Virus record (IMG/VR): IMGVR_UViG_3300025141_007995
Span: 2,730-66,729 of that record
DNA length: 64,000 nt
Reading direction: 5' to 3' (one strand)
Source of the DNA: a virus
Made by a program: the position numbers and the translations under genes. Below the pieces are notes generated by a model that saw nothing but the letters and a program-made list of their open reading frames with translations, was not told the DNA's origin and did no database searches. Position 1 is the first letter of the stretch, and each line of letters opens with the position of its first letter. Below are positions 47,505-58,528 of the stretch, piece by piece.

Positions 47505-48617
47505 ATGTTTTCTCCAAATTACTTACTACCAGAAGAATCATCATTACAGGGTACATTTGCAGCTAGAGTTGCTCACGTAGTTCTAGATGAATCAGATGAG
47601 ATGTATTCTGACTACGGTAAGCAAAACTCTATAGGGTGTATATTCTATATACCTATTGGAGTAGATTATGAAAAAAAGGATTTGAGAGACCTACCTTTTG
47701 CCAAACCTCTAGACAGCTCAGTAAGAAGGTACCCTCTAAATGACGAGATAGTATTAATTACATCAGCACCTAGTAGTATATTAACAGATAGAGATAAATC
47801 AGCATACTATACTAGAGTAGTTTCTATTTGGAATAACCCTAACCACAATGCTTTTCCTGCCGGCGACGACTTAGAGCTAGGATATAGCGTTGACGAGCAA
47901 AGAGTATCACCTTTACAGCCTTTTTATGGAGATGTAGTATTAGAAGGTAGATCGGGACAGACTGTAAGGTTCGGAGGAGAAAAACATCCAAAGAATATAT
48001 ATACTGATGATAGTAATAAAGGAAAACCTTTTATTATTATATCTAACGGCCAAGTACTTAAGAAGGACGGAAACGACTTTACCGAGGAAGACATAAACAA
48101 AGACGACTCAACCATCTTTATAACCTCAGATCATACTGTACCGTTAAAGCAGTCTAGATCTAAGTATAAAGCAGCCAATACAGAACCTACAGATGCAAGT
48201 AAATATAAAGGTAAACAGGTAATACTTAATAGCGGTAGACTTTATTTTAATAGTAAAGATGAAGATATATTATTTTCTGCAAAAGAATCATTTGGAGTAA
48301 CAGCTAAAGACATTAGCCTTGATGGTGATAAGTATGTAGCATTTGATGCTAAAAAAATATACCTAGGAGAAAAAGCAAGATTATATGAATCACAACCTGT
48401 AATACTAGGTGATAGTTTAGAATACTTATTAGATGATTTATTTAACTCATTAACCAGTTTAAGCAAAGCAATGGCTAAAGCACAGGCAGGAGGAAAACCA
48501 GTCACCTCTTTAATGAAGGAAGCACCTAAATTGAGAGGAATAGTAAGACAGTTAAAAAGAAGGATTAATCCAAGTGGTAAATCTGATCTTAAATCTAAAA
48601 AAACATTTACTGAATAA
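47505..48617 (+). CDS. Baseplate hub/spike protein (gp5/VgrG-like)
   Basis: OB-fold-like N-terminus (YPLNDEIV), GDVVLEGRSGQTVRF, beta-repeat region, QPVILGD. Confidence 0.65.
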   Translation: MFSPNYLLPEESSLQGTFAARVAHVVLDESDEMYSDYGKQNSIGCIFYIPIGVDYEKKDLRDLPFAKPLDSSVRRYPLNDEIVLITSAPSSILTDRDKSAYYTRVVSIWNNPNHNAFPAGDDLELGYSVDEQRVSPLQPFYGDVVLEGRSGQTVRFGGEKHPKNIYTDDSNKGKPFIIISNGQVLKKDGNDFTEEDINKDDSTIFITSDHTVPLKQSRSKYKAANTEPTDASKYKGKQVILNSGRLYFNSKDEDILFSAKESFGVTAKDISLDGDKYVAFDAKKIYLGEKARLYESQPVILGDSLEYLLDDLFNSLTSLSKAMAKAQAGGKPVTSLMKEAPKLRGIVRQLKRRINPSGKSDLKSKKTFTE

Positions 48618-49438
48618 TGCCACACGGACTATTAAAAGAATTTAAAAGCAACTTATCAGGTATAGTAGCCATGGCTCTAGGAAGACTAGAAGCTTATGCT
48701 ATAGTATATGCTACTAAAAAGATAAATGAAATAATAGACGAACTAAGAGACAAATGCCCTCCACCTGCTATATTAAACCAGTTAAGTAGGACGGTAAATA
48801 ATATTAAAAAAATAATAACTAAAGTAGATAGCAGAATAGATAAGTTTGCACAAATACCTAAAAAACTAGATATACCTATAAAAGGAGGTAAGGCTGCAGT
48901 ACAGATACTATCACATTTACCAGTACCATCAGCAATTGGTACACCACCAGGCCCTGCTGGAGGTTTAATAATAGCAGTAAAAACAGGAAAGATACAAACT
49001 CTATCAAGTCTATTAGTATGGACTAGAAAGCTGGTCGAAGTACTAGAAGACGATCAAAAAGCAATAAAAGCTTTGATAGCAGATAGCGGCACTATTTTTG
49101 ACCCAATTAAACAGAGGTTAGATATAATAGATAAATTATTGCAAAGATGTGCTGAGAATCCTGATCTTTCTCAGGATGATAGAGATAAGATACTTGAAGG
49201 TCTAAATGTACCAAGGAAGAGTAATTTAGAACCTACCTCATATAAAGGTCGAAACGGTAGAGTTTATAATATAGAGGTAATACAAGATGTAAACGCTCCA
49301 GCTATAGCTCCCAAAAGGCTCGCAGTAGCTAAAGACTTTAGGGGAATAGTAGTTTTAAGAGGTGAATCTTCTTTTGCTAGCGACCCTCAAGTACTAATCG
49401 ACGAATTAAAATTAAGAATTGACAACCAACTTCCATAA
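48617..49438 (+). CDS. Hypothetical virion/baseplate-associated protein
   Basis: Helical bundle plus small C-terminal domain, within the structural block. Confidence 0.6.
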   Translation: MPHGLLKEFKSNLSGIVAMALGRLEAYAIVYATKKINEIIDELRDKCPPPAILNQLSRTVNNIKKIITKVDSRIDKFAQIPKKLDIPIKGGKAAVQILSHLPVPSAIGTPPGPAGGLIIAVKTGKIQTLSSLLVWTRKLVEVLEDDQKAIKALIADSGTIFDPIKQRLDIIDKLLQRCAENPDLSQDDRDKILEGLNVPRKSNLEPTSYKGRNGRVYNIEVIQDVNAPAIAPKRLAVAKDFRGIVVLRGESSFASDPQVLIDELKLRIDNQLP

Positions 49439-49455
49439 CTTAACTATTTATTAAT

Positions 49456-49908
49456 ATGAAGACTAATGAACTTAGAAAACTTATAAGAGAAGAAGTAAAG
49501 AAAGCAGTTAAAGAAGAGTTACAAGATATGCTTAACGAAGCAGTAAAATTTGCTAGTACTCCGAATAAGACTGGTGTAGGTAATTCCTACAGACCAATTA
49601 CTCAAAAAGACATAAAGAGAACCTGGTCTACTGGCCCTCTTAACCCTGGAACTATTCCTTTAGAAGAAATGCTCCAGCAAACTAAAAAATCAATGACAGG
49701 CGAAGACTACAACAACGTAGTATCTTCAGACTCTTCTATGGTTAGAAAGCCTAACTTCGCAAGCGGTATGGCAGCTAATATGGGAATGACTGAAAACTCA
49801 GGCCCAACAACTGGTATAGATATAAGCAAATTAAATTTTGTAAAAAATGCAAAAGCAGTATATGATATGTCTATAAAGAAAGATAAACAAAAAGGCGGAA
49901 TGATATAA
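49456..49908 (+). CDS. Hypothetical late protein
   Basis: MKTNELRKLIREEVKKAVKEE; CTATTTAT upstream. Confidence 0.65.
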   Translation: MKTNELRKLIREEVKKAVKEELQDMLNEAVKFASTPNKTGVGNSYRPITQKDIKRTWSTGPLNPGTIPLEEMLQQTKKSMTGEDYNNVVSSDSSMVRKPNFASGMAANMGMTENSGPTTGIDISKLNFVKNAKAVYDMSIKKDKQKGGMI

Positions 49909-49910
49909 TT

Positions 49911-50321
49911 ATGGCGTTTGAGATAAAAAAAATTAATCCATTAGACTTAACTCCTAGTAAAGGAGTAGGAGTATCTTTACCATTTTCCGGTAGGGCTGTA
50001 TTTAATACAACCTTTGAAACTAAAGATGCTATAAAAGCTAATTTAATTAATTATTTTTTAACAGCTAAAGGTGAACGTTACTTTAACCCTTCTTTTGGAG
50101 CAGGTTTAAGAAACCTTTTATTTGACAATATAGATGAATCAGCTTTAGATGAAATAAGAATAAATATCTTGGATGATTTAGAAAAATTCTTTCCTAGAGT
50201 AGAGGTTACAAGTTTAGAGTTAATACCAGAAACTGACAGAAATACTATAGTTTTTAGTATGAGATACGCAATAGCTGATTCTAACATATCTGATGAAGTA
50301 GTAATAAATTTTAACAAGTAA
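49911..50321 (+). CDS. Baseplate wedge protein, gp25/GpW-like
   Basis: IKANL...LTAKGERYFNPSFGAGL..LLF, FPRV. Confidence 0.88.
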   Translation: MAFEIKKINPLDLTPSKGVGVSLPFSGRAVFNTTFETKDAIKANLINYFLTAKGERYFNPSFGAGLRNLLFDNIDESALDEIRINILDDLEKFFPRVEVTSLELIPETDRNTIVFSMRYAIADSNISDEVVINFNK

Positions 50322-52129
50322 TGGCACAAGAAAGAATAGTAAAATATATTAATAAGAATTTTGATGACTTTAGGTCTCAACTTGTAGAGTATGCTAAAAG
50401 CTACTTTCCTGATACTTATAATGACTTTGATGCTACCTCTCCCGGTATGATGTTTATTGAAATGGCATCGTACGTTGGAGATGTATTATCATTCTACCAA
50501 GATACACAGCTACAAGAAACTTTTTTAACTTATGCAAAAGATCCTAAAAATCTTTTTAATTTAGCATATATGATGGGGTATACTCCAAAAGTAACTGGAG
50601 TATCTGAAGTAGATATAACTATAACTCAAACAGTAAACGCTAACGGTTCCTACTTACCTACCTGGACTGCAGCAGCAGCACTACCAGCTAATTCAGTAGT
50701 TAAAGCATCAGATGCATCAGCTACTAATTTTATTATACCAGACCCGGTAGATTTTCAATTTAGCAGCTCTTATAACCCTACTATAGTTGAAATAGCTACT
50801 TTAGACGGAACCAATAACCCTGCAACCTTTAAATTAACTAAAACAGTTAAAGCGTTTTCCGGTAAAGTAAAAAGTAAAACGTTTTCTGTAAGTAATGCAG
50901 AGAAATTTAAAACACTAACCATATCTGATGATAATATAGTTCAGGTATTAGAAGCAACAGGTAGTAGTACTGGTGATAGTTATTTTGAGGTTCCTTTCTT
51001 AGGACAAGATACCATCTTTGATGATGTATCAAACAGCAGCTCAGACTCAAATAACGTTCCTTATGTTCTATCACTTAAAAAAGTACCTAAAAGATTTGTA
51101 GCTAGATTTAGATCTAATGGTAATCTAGACCTTCAATTCGGAGCTGGAACATCAGATAGCGATGATTCTGTTATTTTACCAGACCCTACCAACGTCGGTA
51201 GTGGTACTAATCAGGGTATAAATAGAATAGACTACGCTTATGACCCCTCTAACTTTACATACAGTAAAGCTTACGGCGTCGCTTTAAATGAAGGAGTTAC
51301 AGTAAAGTACCTAGTAGGAGGAGGAGCAAGCTCTAACGTACCAGCAGGAACTATTACTAATAAGAGCTCTATAGTTCCTACTCGAGGAACATTAGCCTCT
51401 TTATCCTTTACAAACGAAAAACCAGCAGCAGGTGGAAGAGACGGAGATTCAGTAGAGGAATTAAGAGAAAACTCTCTTAGATCGTTTAACGAACAAAGTA
51501 GAGCTGTAACACTACAAGACTATACCGTTAGAGCTTTATCGCTTCCTTCTAAATTTGGAAGCATGGCTAAGGTATATGCTACTCAAGACGAACTAACAAA
51601 TACTAATACAACAGACGCTATAGTTGATAATAATCCATTAGCACTTTCACTTTATGTATTAGCCTACGATAACGATAAAAAACTTACCACAGCAACATCA
51701 ACCTTAAAATCTAATCTTAAAACCTATCTAGCTGAATATATGATGATATCAGATAGTTTAAACTTTAAGGATGCTTTTGTTGTTAATATAGGAATAAATT
51801 ACGATATTATAGTAAGACCTAATTTTGCAGGTCGAGATGTTCTTTTAAACTGTAACTTAGCACTACAGGATTATTTTAATATCGATAAAAGAAATATTAA
51901 CCAAACTATTAATATATCAGAATTATATCTTATATTAGATAAAGTAAAAGGAGTACAGACAGTACAAAATATAGAAATTATAAATCTAAATGGCGGTAAC
52001 TATTCACAATATGGGTACGATATCGAAGGTGCAACTAGAAATAGTATAGTTTATCCTTCATATGATCCATGTATATTTGAAGTAAAGTTTCCTAATGCAG
52101 ATATAAAAGGAAGAGTAATAACAAGATAA
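50321..52129 (+). CDS. Baseplate wedge protein, T4 gp6 / baseplate J-like
   Basis: DFDATSPGMMFIE..SYVGDVLSFY, FGAG, GGRDGDSVEELR, RAVTLQDY. Confidence 0.88.
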   Translation: MAQERIVKYINKNFDDFRSQLVEYAKSYFPDTYNDFDATSPGMMFIEMASYVGDVLSFYQDTQLQETFLTYAKDPKNLFNLAYMMGYTPKVTGVSEVDITITQTVNANGSYLPTWTAAAALPANSVVKASDASATNFIIPDPVDFQFSSSYNPTIVEIATLDGTNNPATFKLTKTVKAFSGKVKSKTFSVSNAEKFKTLTISDDNIVQVLEATGSSTGDSYFEVPFLGQDTIFDDVSNSSSDSNNVPYVLSLKKVPKRFVARFRSNGNLDLQFGAGTSDSDDSVILPDPTNVGSGTNQGINRIDYAYDPSNFTYSKAYGVALNEGVTVKYLVGGGASSNVPAGTITNKSSIVPTRGTLASLSFTNEKPAAGGRDGDSVEELRENSLRSFNEQSRAVTLQDYTVRALSLPSKFGSMAKVYATQDELTNTNTTDAIVDNNPLALSLYVLAYDNDKKLTTATSTLKSNLKTYLAEYMMISDSLNFKDAFVVNIGINYDIIVRPNFAGRDVLLNCNLALQDYFNIDKRNINQTINISELYLILDKVKGVQTVQNIEIINLNGGNYSQYGYDIEGATRNSIVYPSYDPCIFEVKFPNADIKGRVITR

Positions 52130-52130
52130 A

Positions 52131-53261
52131 ATGGCAGTATATAAAATATTTCCCGAACAAGATACTTTTATCTATACTCAAGTAGTAACCGGTAATGCTG
52201 GATACGATGAGATATTAGAAATAGGTGGTTATAATATACAAAACATTGGACAATCCTCAAGAGCATTAATACAGTTTAAAACATCTGAAATAGTTAATAC
52301 TGTTAATAGAACTATAGCAACTGGGTCTTGGAGTGCTAGTTTAGATTTATCGCTAGCTTATGGATACGAAAACCCCGCAACACAGTCTGTATACGTCTAC
52401 CCCTTAGCTCAGCAATGGGAAGGAGGATTAGGTAAATTTGGAGATGAACTAGGATCTTCTTTAACTTCTCAAAGTGCTGATAAGTCTGGTTGTTCTTGGA
52501 GATATAGAAAAGCAGAAGAAACTGACGCATGGACATTATCTAGCTTTCCTACCGACGTGACTGGCTCATATAACGCTACTTACCCTGGAGGAGGTAGCTG
52601 GTTTTCAGCTTCAAGCGGAACTAATTTAGAAGCTACTCAAAGCTTTAGCCTAAACGATCAGCTTGATTTAAGTGTAGATGTTACTACAGCTGCAAAATTA
52701 CATTACTCAGGTACTTTAAACAACTATGGTTATATAGTTAAACTTCAAGATAGTTTAGAATTTAATTTATCATCCTCACTACTTAATAAATACTATAGCA
52801 GTAACACCAATACTATATACCCTCCATCACTAACACTTAAATGGGACGATAGCGCATACGATACAGGGAGTTTAACACTACTATCCTCATCCGAAGCTAT
52901 ATGCCAGGTATCTAATAATAGAGGAGAATATGCCGATATAGGTAAAACTAGATTTAGATTATTAGCTAGACCGATAGCACCTCCTAGAATATATACTACT
53001 GGGTCTATATACAAAACTAATTATGCACTACCTTCTGGTTCATTTTACGGACTACAAGATGCATATACAGAAGAAATGGAAATACCTTTTGATACCGCCT
53101 TTACTAAGGTAAGCTGTGACTCTACAGGTCCTTATTTTGACGTATTTATGAGCGGATTACAACCAGAAAGGTATTATAAAATATTAATTAAAAGTACACT
53201 AGATGGTACTACATCAATATTTGATGATGATAATATATTTAAGGTAGTTAGAAATGGCTAA
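52131..53261 (+). CDS. Virion structural protein (beta-sandwich)
   Basis: DTFIY..SRALIQF..W.GG.G..YPPSL..WDD; located in the baseplate block. Confidence 0.6.
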   Translation: MAVYKIFPEQDTFIYTQVVTGNAGYDEILEIGGYNIQNIGQSSRALIQFKTSEIVNTVNRTIATGSWSASLDLSLAYGYENPATQSVYVYPLAQQWEGGLGKFGDELGSSLTSQSADKSGCSWRYRKAEETDAWTLSSFPTDVTGSYNATYPGGGSWFSASSGTNLEATQSFSLNDQLDLSVDVTTAAKLHYSGTLNNYGYIVKLQDSLEFNLSSSLLNKYYSSNTNTIYPPSLTLKWDDSAYDTGSLTLLSSSEAICQVSNNRGEYADIGKTRFRLLARPIAPPRIYTTGSIYKTNYALPSGSFYGLQDAYTEEMEIPFDTAFTKVSCDSTGPYFDVFMSGLQPERYYKILIKSTLDGTTSIFDDDNIFKVVRNG

Positions 53262-53616
53262 GAAGTACGATATAAGGATACAAAAAACAGTCTTAAATAA
53301 AGATCAATTTGATAAAGCAGTTGATACTACATTTAAAACGTTTGTCACAACCCCTGATGAATCAGATGAAATAACTTTACCTGAATTTTTTAACTTATAT
53401 GAAAAACTTTACTACGATATACCGGTTGAAGGAGAAGTTAATTCACATGAATTTCTAGTTGTTGAAAGCGGTAAATTAGTAAACTTAGAGCAAGACACAA
53501 CAGAAATACAGCCATTATTAGATGAGATAACTACTTTGAGAGAAAGAATATTAGATCTAAATAACGATATAATAGAGTTACAAACAGAGAATTTGACCAA
53601 CGATGCCACAGACTAA
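53254..53616 (+). CDS. Structural-block protein with C-terminal coiled coil
   Basis: EFFNLYEKLYYDIP..SH..L, then heptads. Confidence 0.6.
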   Translation: MAKKYDIRIQKTVLNKDQFDKAVDTTFKTFVTTPDESDEITLPEFFNLYEKLYYDIPVEGEVNSHEFLVVESGKLVNLEQDTTEIQPLLDEITTLRERILDLNNDIIELQTENLTNDATD

Positions 53617-56608
53617 TTATACAGTTAATTTTATTGACCCTGAAGGACTAGAAACGTTCTCTGTTAAAGATATAGATATAGTAGATTCTTTTACTATCAA
53701 CTCTGAATTTAAAGCTTTTGAAAATAAGATCGAATACCACGTATATAGTCTTGATGGAGTACTTTTAACATCAGATTTTGGTTATAATCGTCAAAGCTAC
53801 TTAGGATCAAGTCAACAAGACCCTGACGGTAAGATTCTTGAAATGACTATAGATCCTGTTGAGGATATAAAAAGATATGGTTTTTCTTCCGGTGATGTAA
53901 AGGTAGTTTATAACTTTATTGATGACCTTTACACAGAGAATAAAGTACCTGTTCAGTTCTTTATAGAAGAGATATCAGAAGACAGAACAGAATTAAGATT
54001 ACTTACTAATCAAATACCCGATTCAAAAGTAGTTGAGACTACTAATACGATAAAAGAAGATCTTGCATCAACCTCTTATTTAAACGACTTTAGAGTAAAT
54101 CCTGGTAATAACGATCTACTTATAGGAATAAATATAGATATACAACCTTATAGAGATTATAGCTCTGTAGTAGTAAAGCTATATGAACCTCTTCCTGAAC
54201 AGTACGAAATAAAACAATCACTTACTATAGATAGAATAGTATCTGACTCGTTAGGGTATGAGATATTGGGTGAGACTATTCCTGATGAAATTAAAATACC
54301 GTACTTAAAAGGACCAAACTACAACGTAGAAGATATCAAAGGTACCACAGTACCTACTCCTTACTTTAATTATAACGAATTATTTTCTTTTCCTACTAAT
54401 CAAACCTATAGACAATTAAACTCTCTATTCGCTGAAAAAAGTATTGAGTTGAGTGCTGACTATACTGACTTTGCTAACTACATACAGTTTAGTTCTGCAA
54501 AAGAAAGGATAGAAAACTTTCAATATAAATTAAACCTAGTCACATCTTATCAAACCTCATACTCAGCTTCATTAAACGCTAATAATAATGCAGCCGGAGT
54601 AACAGGAAGTTTAGACTACTTTAAGACAAGGATAGATAACATACTTAAGAACTTTGATCATTTTGACAGACATCTATATTATGGAACAGGATCATACTCT
54701 TGGCCTAAACAGGCACCGTATAACGAGCCTTATATAGTTGCTACAGGATCTGCAACAGCTTCTGTATCTAACCTAGTAGAGAGTGCAAGCTTATATGATG
54801 ATACTAATAACTCAAGACTAGTAAATACTGTACCTGAATTTTTAAAAGAAGACAGCGACAATGCTAAATATCTTTTATTTACAGATATGATCGGCCAGCA
54901 CTTTGATAATTTATGGGTATACACCAAAGCATTGTCGGATAAGTACGATAACGATAATAGACCTAATAGAGGTGTACCAAAAGGATTAGTAGAAGAGGTA
55001 CTGAGAAACTTTGGTGTAAAACTATACTCTAGTAATAAATCAATAGAAAATCTATTTGCTAACTATACAGGAGAGTTTTATCAAACAGGCTCAGAAAGCT
55101 TAAAAGCAACCGGATCGTGGGGACAAGGTACTTACCTTATAAGTGCTTCTAATTCCCCTATATCAGAAGATTTATACAGAAAAGAAATATATAAACGTAT
55201 TTACCACAACTTACCGTTACTTCTTAAATCTAAGGGTACCGAACGAGGAGTACGAGCACTAATAAATACTTTCGGTATACCTTCGTTAAACACAAGCGGT
55301 TCCATGGGAGGCTTGTTGGTAAGGAGCTATGGAGGTAATAGTACCACAGCAAGTGTTAACTTAGGTTTAGATTTTGCTAATACATCATCAATAGGAAAAA
55401 TAAAATTAGACAATACAGGTAGTACAACTACTGGTAATACTCTATCTCAATATTCTTCTATAGTTCAAAGAGACGGTATATACGATAAGTACAGTGACGA
55501 TATCCATACAGTAGATATAGGATACTCTCCTATAGACGTTATAAATGATAAAATATTTGATTTTTATACCAAAAGCGGAAGCTTTAATATAGATAACTTT
55601 ATAGGTGATCCTAATGCTGCTTACTCAAGTAGTTATTATAATTTAGATTCAGCTTCATTTCAAGCAATGAGTCATATTATTACACATCCTACAGGAAGTG
55701 ATGATTATGGAGACTTTGTAAGAATATTAAAGTTTTTTGATAACGTATTATTTAAAAGCATAAAAGACTTTATACCTGCAAGATCTAACATTAATACGGG
55801 TATAATAATTAAACCTCATGTACTTAATAGAAGTAAAATAAAACAAGTACAAGCTACTAGTAATCAACCTAAGACAGGAGTTAGCTCTAACTATGGAGAT
55901 AATATGCAAATTACTGGTTCGATAGAAATATCACAACTAACTGGTAGTTCTGGAGGTTCTTTTGGAAATATAGATTTAGAGCAGGTAATTCCTTTAACTG
56001 CTAGCTATACCGAAAGCGTAATGACACCAGACGGATTAAGGTCTAAAACCTATCACGACCATGAAGAAGCTAGATACGATGGAGAATTGTCTGGTTCACA
56101 TATAAAAAACACTGGTGAGTTAAATGATGAAAACATCTTTAAATATGAAAATCCTAACGTAATTCAATACAAAGTTATTGATTTTGACGATATGTTAGTA
56201 CCGCCTACTCCTACACCTACTCCTACAGCCACCCTAACACCTACTCCTACACCAACAGTGCCAGCAGTAACCCCAACAGCTACTCCTACTGTGACACCAT
56301 CATCATCTGATCTTGGATTAGAAAGTTGTTGGAGAATAGAAAGATGTTCTGATGCTGCTGTATTCTATGCACCAAAAGATAGAGGGTGTATTAACGATGC
56401 TGCTGCAATATTAAGTCATAACTTCCACGCTGGTGATTACGTACAATTCTTTAATTTCTCTGTAGGAGCTGAAGCTTGTCCTGGAGGAGCAACCTACTGT
56501 GGAAATATAATTAGCGCAGCTACACAAGCTCCTACAGCATTAATATCAGTAGATGATCAAATGTCCGGAGCTGATCCATGTAACGATGATGCAAGATGTA
56601 CAGAATAA
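53603..56608 (+). CDS. Large baseplate protein (gp7/GpI-like core) with Pro/Thr linker and Cys-rich C-terminal domain
   Basis: MIGQHFD, RIYHNLPLLLKSKGTERG....FGIP, PT tract, GDYVQF..TYCG..CTE. Confidence 0.7.
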   Translation: MPQTNYTVNFIDPEGLETFSVKDIDIVDSFTINSEFKAFENKIEYHVYSLDGVLLTSDFGYNRQSYLGSSQQDPDGKILEMTIDPVEDIKRYGFSSGDVKVVYNFIDDLYTENKVPVQFFIEEISEDRTELRLLTNQIPDSKVVETTNTIKEDLASTSYLNDFRVNPGNNDLLIGINIDIQPYRDYSSVVVKLYEPLPEQYEIKQSLTIDRIVSDSLGYEILGETIPDEIKIPYLKGPNYNVEDIKGTTVPTPYFNYNELFSFPTNQTYRQLNSLFAEKSIELSADYTDFANYIQFSSAKERIENFQYKLNLVTSYQTSYSASLNANNNAAGVTGSLDYFKTRIDNILKNFDHFDRHLYYGTGSYSWPKQAPYNEPYIVATGSATASVSNLVESASLYDDTNNSRLVNTVPEFLKEDSDNAKYLLFTDMIGQHFDNLWVYTKALSDKYDNDNRPNRGVPKGLVEEVLRNFGVKLYSSNKSIENLFANYTGEFYQTGSESLKATGSWGQGTYLISASNSPISEDLYRKEIYKRIYHNLPLLLKSKGTERGVRALINTFGIPSLNTSGSMGGLLVRSYGGNSTTASVNLGLDFANTSSIGKIKLDNTGSTTTGNTLSQYSSIVQRDGIYDKYSDDIHTVDIGYSPIDVINDKIFDFYTKSGSFNIDNFIGDPNAAYSSSYYNLDSASFQAMSHIITHPTGSDDYGDFVRILKFFDNVLFKSIKDFIPARSNINTGIIIKPHVLNRSKIKQVQATSNQPKTGVSSNYGDNMQITGSIEISQLTGSSGGSFGNIDLEQVIPLTASYTESVMTPDGLRSKTYHDHEEARYDGELSGSHIKNTGELNDENIFKYENPNVIQYKVIDFDDMLVPPTPTPTPTATLTPTPTPTVPAVTPTATPTVTPSSSDLGLESCWRIERCSDAAVFYAPKDRGCINDAAAILSHNFHAGDYVQFFNFSVGAEACPGGATYCGNIISAATQAPTALISVDDQMSGADPCNDDARCTE

Positions 56609-56620
56609 TAATAATATAAT

Positions 56621-57820
56621 ATGGCAGGAACAACAACAGACAATTTTATTATTACTAATCCGGGATTAGCCGGAGTTAGGCTTTTATTTGGTACAAGTAG
56701 TAACCAGGGTAAAGTACAGGGTATAGTAGCAAGCACCACAGACTGTAATCAAAATAATTATGCTGCTGAATTTGAATCTTTAGAAGTATTTAATATATTC
56801 AGCACACCTTTTCCTATAGCAAGCAGACAGGTTCAAACTAGCCACTATTATTTTGAAATACATCCGCCTGTTGCATTCGATACAGGTTCAACTACTACAC
56901 CAACTGTTTGTATAGACACAACGTTTGTACCTTCTACTGAAGTTGATTTTACTAATAATGTTTATAACGTAACATTTAATAGTGATCAAGAGTTAAGATC
57001 TTCTCAATTTCAATTTGTAGTCGATAGTAATAATTCTGGTTCAAGCACTAGACCAGCTAATATACAGGCTATATTAGCAAATACCGCAGTAACAGCATCA
57101 GTACAGGATTCAAACTATTCTTCACTAGCAGTTATAAGAGGAAGGTATGAAGGAGCAGAAACTGGTGTATCTGATTACGGTATACTACCTGCAATAGCTG
57201 CTGAATTAAAAAGAGGAGCTATATATGATTCTAGTATTTCTTCAAGCTACATTTGTACTCAAACCTCCTCTACTGACATAAGGCCTATTAAAGACTTTTT
57301 CTTAGTTCCTACACAAGATTCAGCAACTAAAGTAGACTCAGGATCTACTAGTTATAGTAATCCTAACTATAGATACATAACTCTTGTTAAAGGTAATAGT
57401 ATAACTCAAACTGCTAGAACAACAGGTACTGAGTTATACCTTAGTTTTAATACCGCATCAGCAGGAGTAGCTATAGGAGATTATCTTCAATTATTCGGAA
57501 CTACCGCTGGCGGCGGTCCGACATATTATAATAGAGGAATAGAGTTTGTAAAAGTAGCAAGCTTAAAACAGCATAACTCTTCAGTAGTTTCTGCTTCTGT
57601 AGAAAGAAATGCAATAAAGGATCAATTTGATAGTGTAGTTGATTATGGTGATAATACAGGTTTCCATGTAAGACATGTAAAAGGAGACCAAATTTATCAA
57701 GCTGAAGGAAATAAACTATTCAAAGTAGCAGATAAAAAATTATATAACTACGATACAGAAGAAGTCTTTTTTGTAGGTGAAGAAGGGTATATTTTATATC
57801 CTTTCGGTAGTTGTAACTAA
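56621..57820 (+). CDS. Ser/Thr-rich virion structural protein
   Basis: ASVQDSNY...RYEG motif, structural context. Confidence 0.6.
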   Translation: MAGTTTDNFIITNPGLAGVRLLFGTSSNQGKVQGIVASTTDCNQNNYAAEFESLEVFNIFSTPFPIASRQVQTSHYYFEIHPPVAFDTGSTTTPTVCIDTTFVPSTEVDFTNNVYNVTFNSDQELRSSQFQFVVDSNNSGSSTRPANIQAILANTAVTASVQDSNYSSLAVIRGRYEGAETGVSDYGILPAIAAELKRGAIYDSSISSSYICTQTSSTDIRPIKDFFLVPTQDSATKVDSGSTSYSNPNYRYITLVKGNSITQTARTTGTELYLSFNTASAGVAIGDYLQLFGTTAGGGPTYYNRGIEFVKVASLKQHNSSVVSASVERNAIKDQFDSVVDYGDNTGFHVRHVKGDQIYQAEGNKLFKVADKKLYNYDTEEVFFVGEEGYILYPFGSCN

Positions 57821-57864
57821 TAAAAGTTTAAATTAATATATTTATATAAAAGAATAAAACAAAA

Positions 57865-58524
57865 ATGGGATACTTAAATAATGGCGTTGTAACCGTTGAC
57901 GCAATATTAACGAAGAAAGGAAGAGAACTACTAGCAAGAGGCGATGGTTCTTTTAAGATTACTCAATTTGCTTTATCCGATGATGAAATAGATTATACAT
58001 TATATAATCCTTCTCACCCATCAGGATCTCAGTATTATGGGCAAGCTATAGAAAATATGCCTCTATTAGAAGCTTTTCCTGATGAAACTAAATCATTAAA
58101 ATATAAACTAGCAACTCTGCCTAGAGGTACTTCAAAACTACCATTACTAGAAGCTGGATATGCTAGTATAGTACTTAAACAAGGAGCTTCATTAGCAATA
58201 ACTCCTCAAACATTAAACTATCTAGGAGCTACTTCTACTTTTGAAAGTGGAGGATATACTGCTACTATAGCTGATGTAAGGGTACTTTCAAGCTTTACAG
58301 GTGTTGGAATAAACACAGAAGAAGCTGAGACATTAAATTCAACACAAACGATTGGAACTAATGTATCTAAGACTGTAATAGGAACTTCTATTAATTTAAG
58401 AGCTACTACAGTGAATACTTTATTTGGAACCAGAACTAAACTTCAGACTACTATTCAAATTATAGGTAGAGATTCAGGAGCAAGAGTTACTATTCCTATT
58501 ACTATTAACAAGGTAAATAACTAA
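57865..58524 (+). CDS. Tail-collar/fibre-attachment-like protein (DUF3751 N-part-like)
   Basis: DAILTKKGRELLA..FKITQFALSDDEIDY. Confidence 0.6.
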   Translation: MGYLNNGVVTVDAILTKKGRELLARGDGSFKITQFALSDDEIDYTLYNPSHPSGSQYYGQAIENMPLLEAFPDETKSLKYKLATLPRGTSKLPLLEAGYASIVLKQGASLAITPQTLNYLGATSTFESGGYTATIADVRVLSSFTGVGINTEEAETLNSTQTIGTNVSKTVIGTSINLRATTVNTLFGTRTKLQTTIQIIGRDSGARVTIPITINKVNN

Positions 58525-58528
58525 TAAG

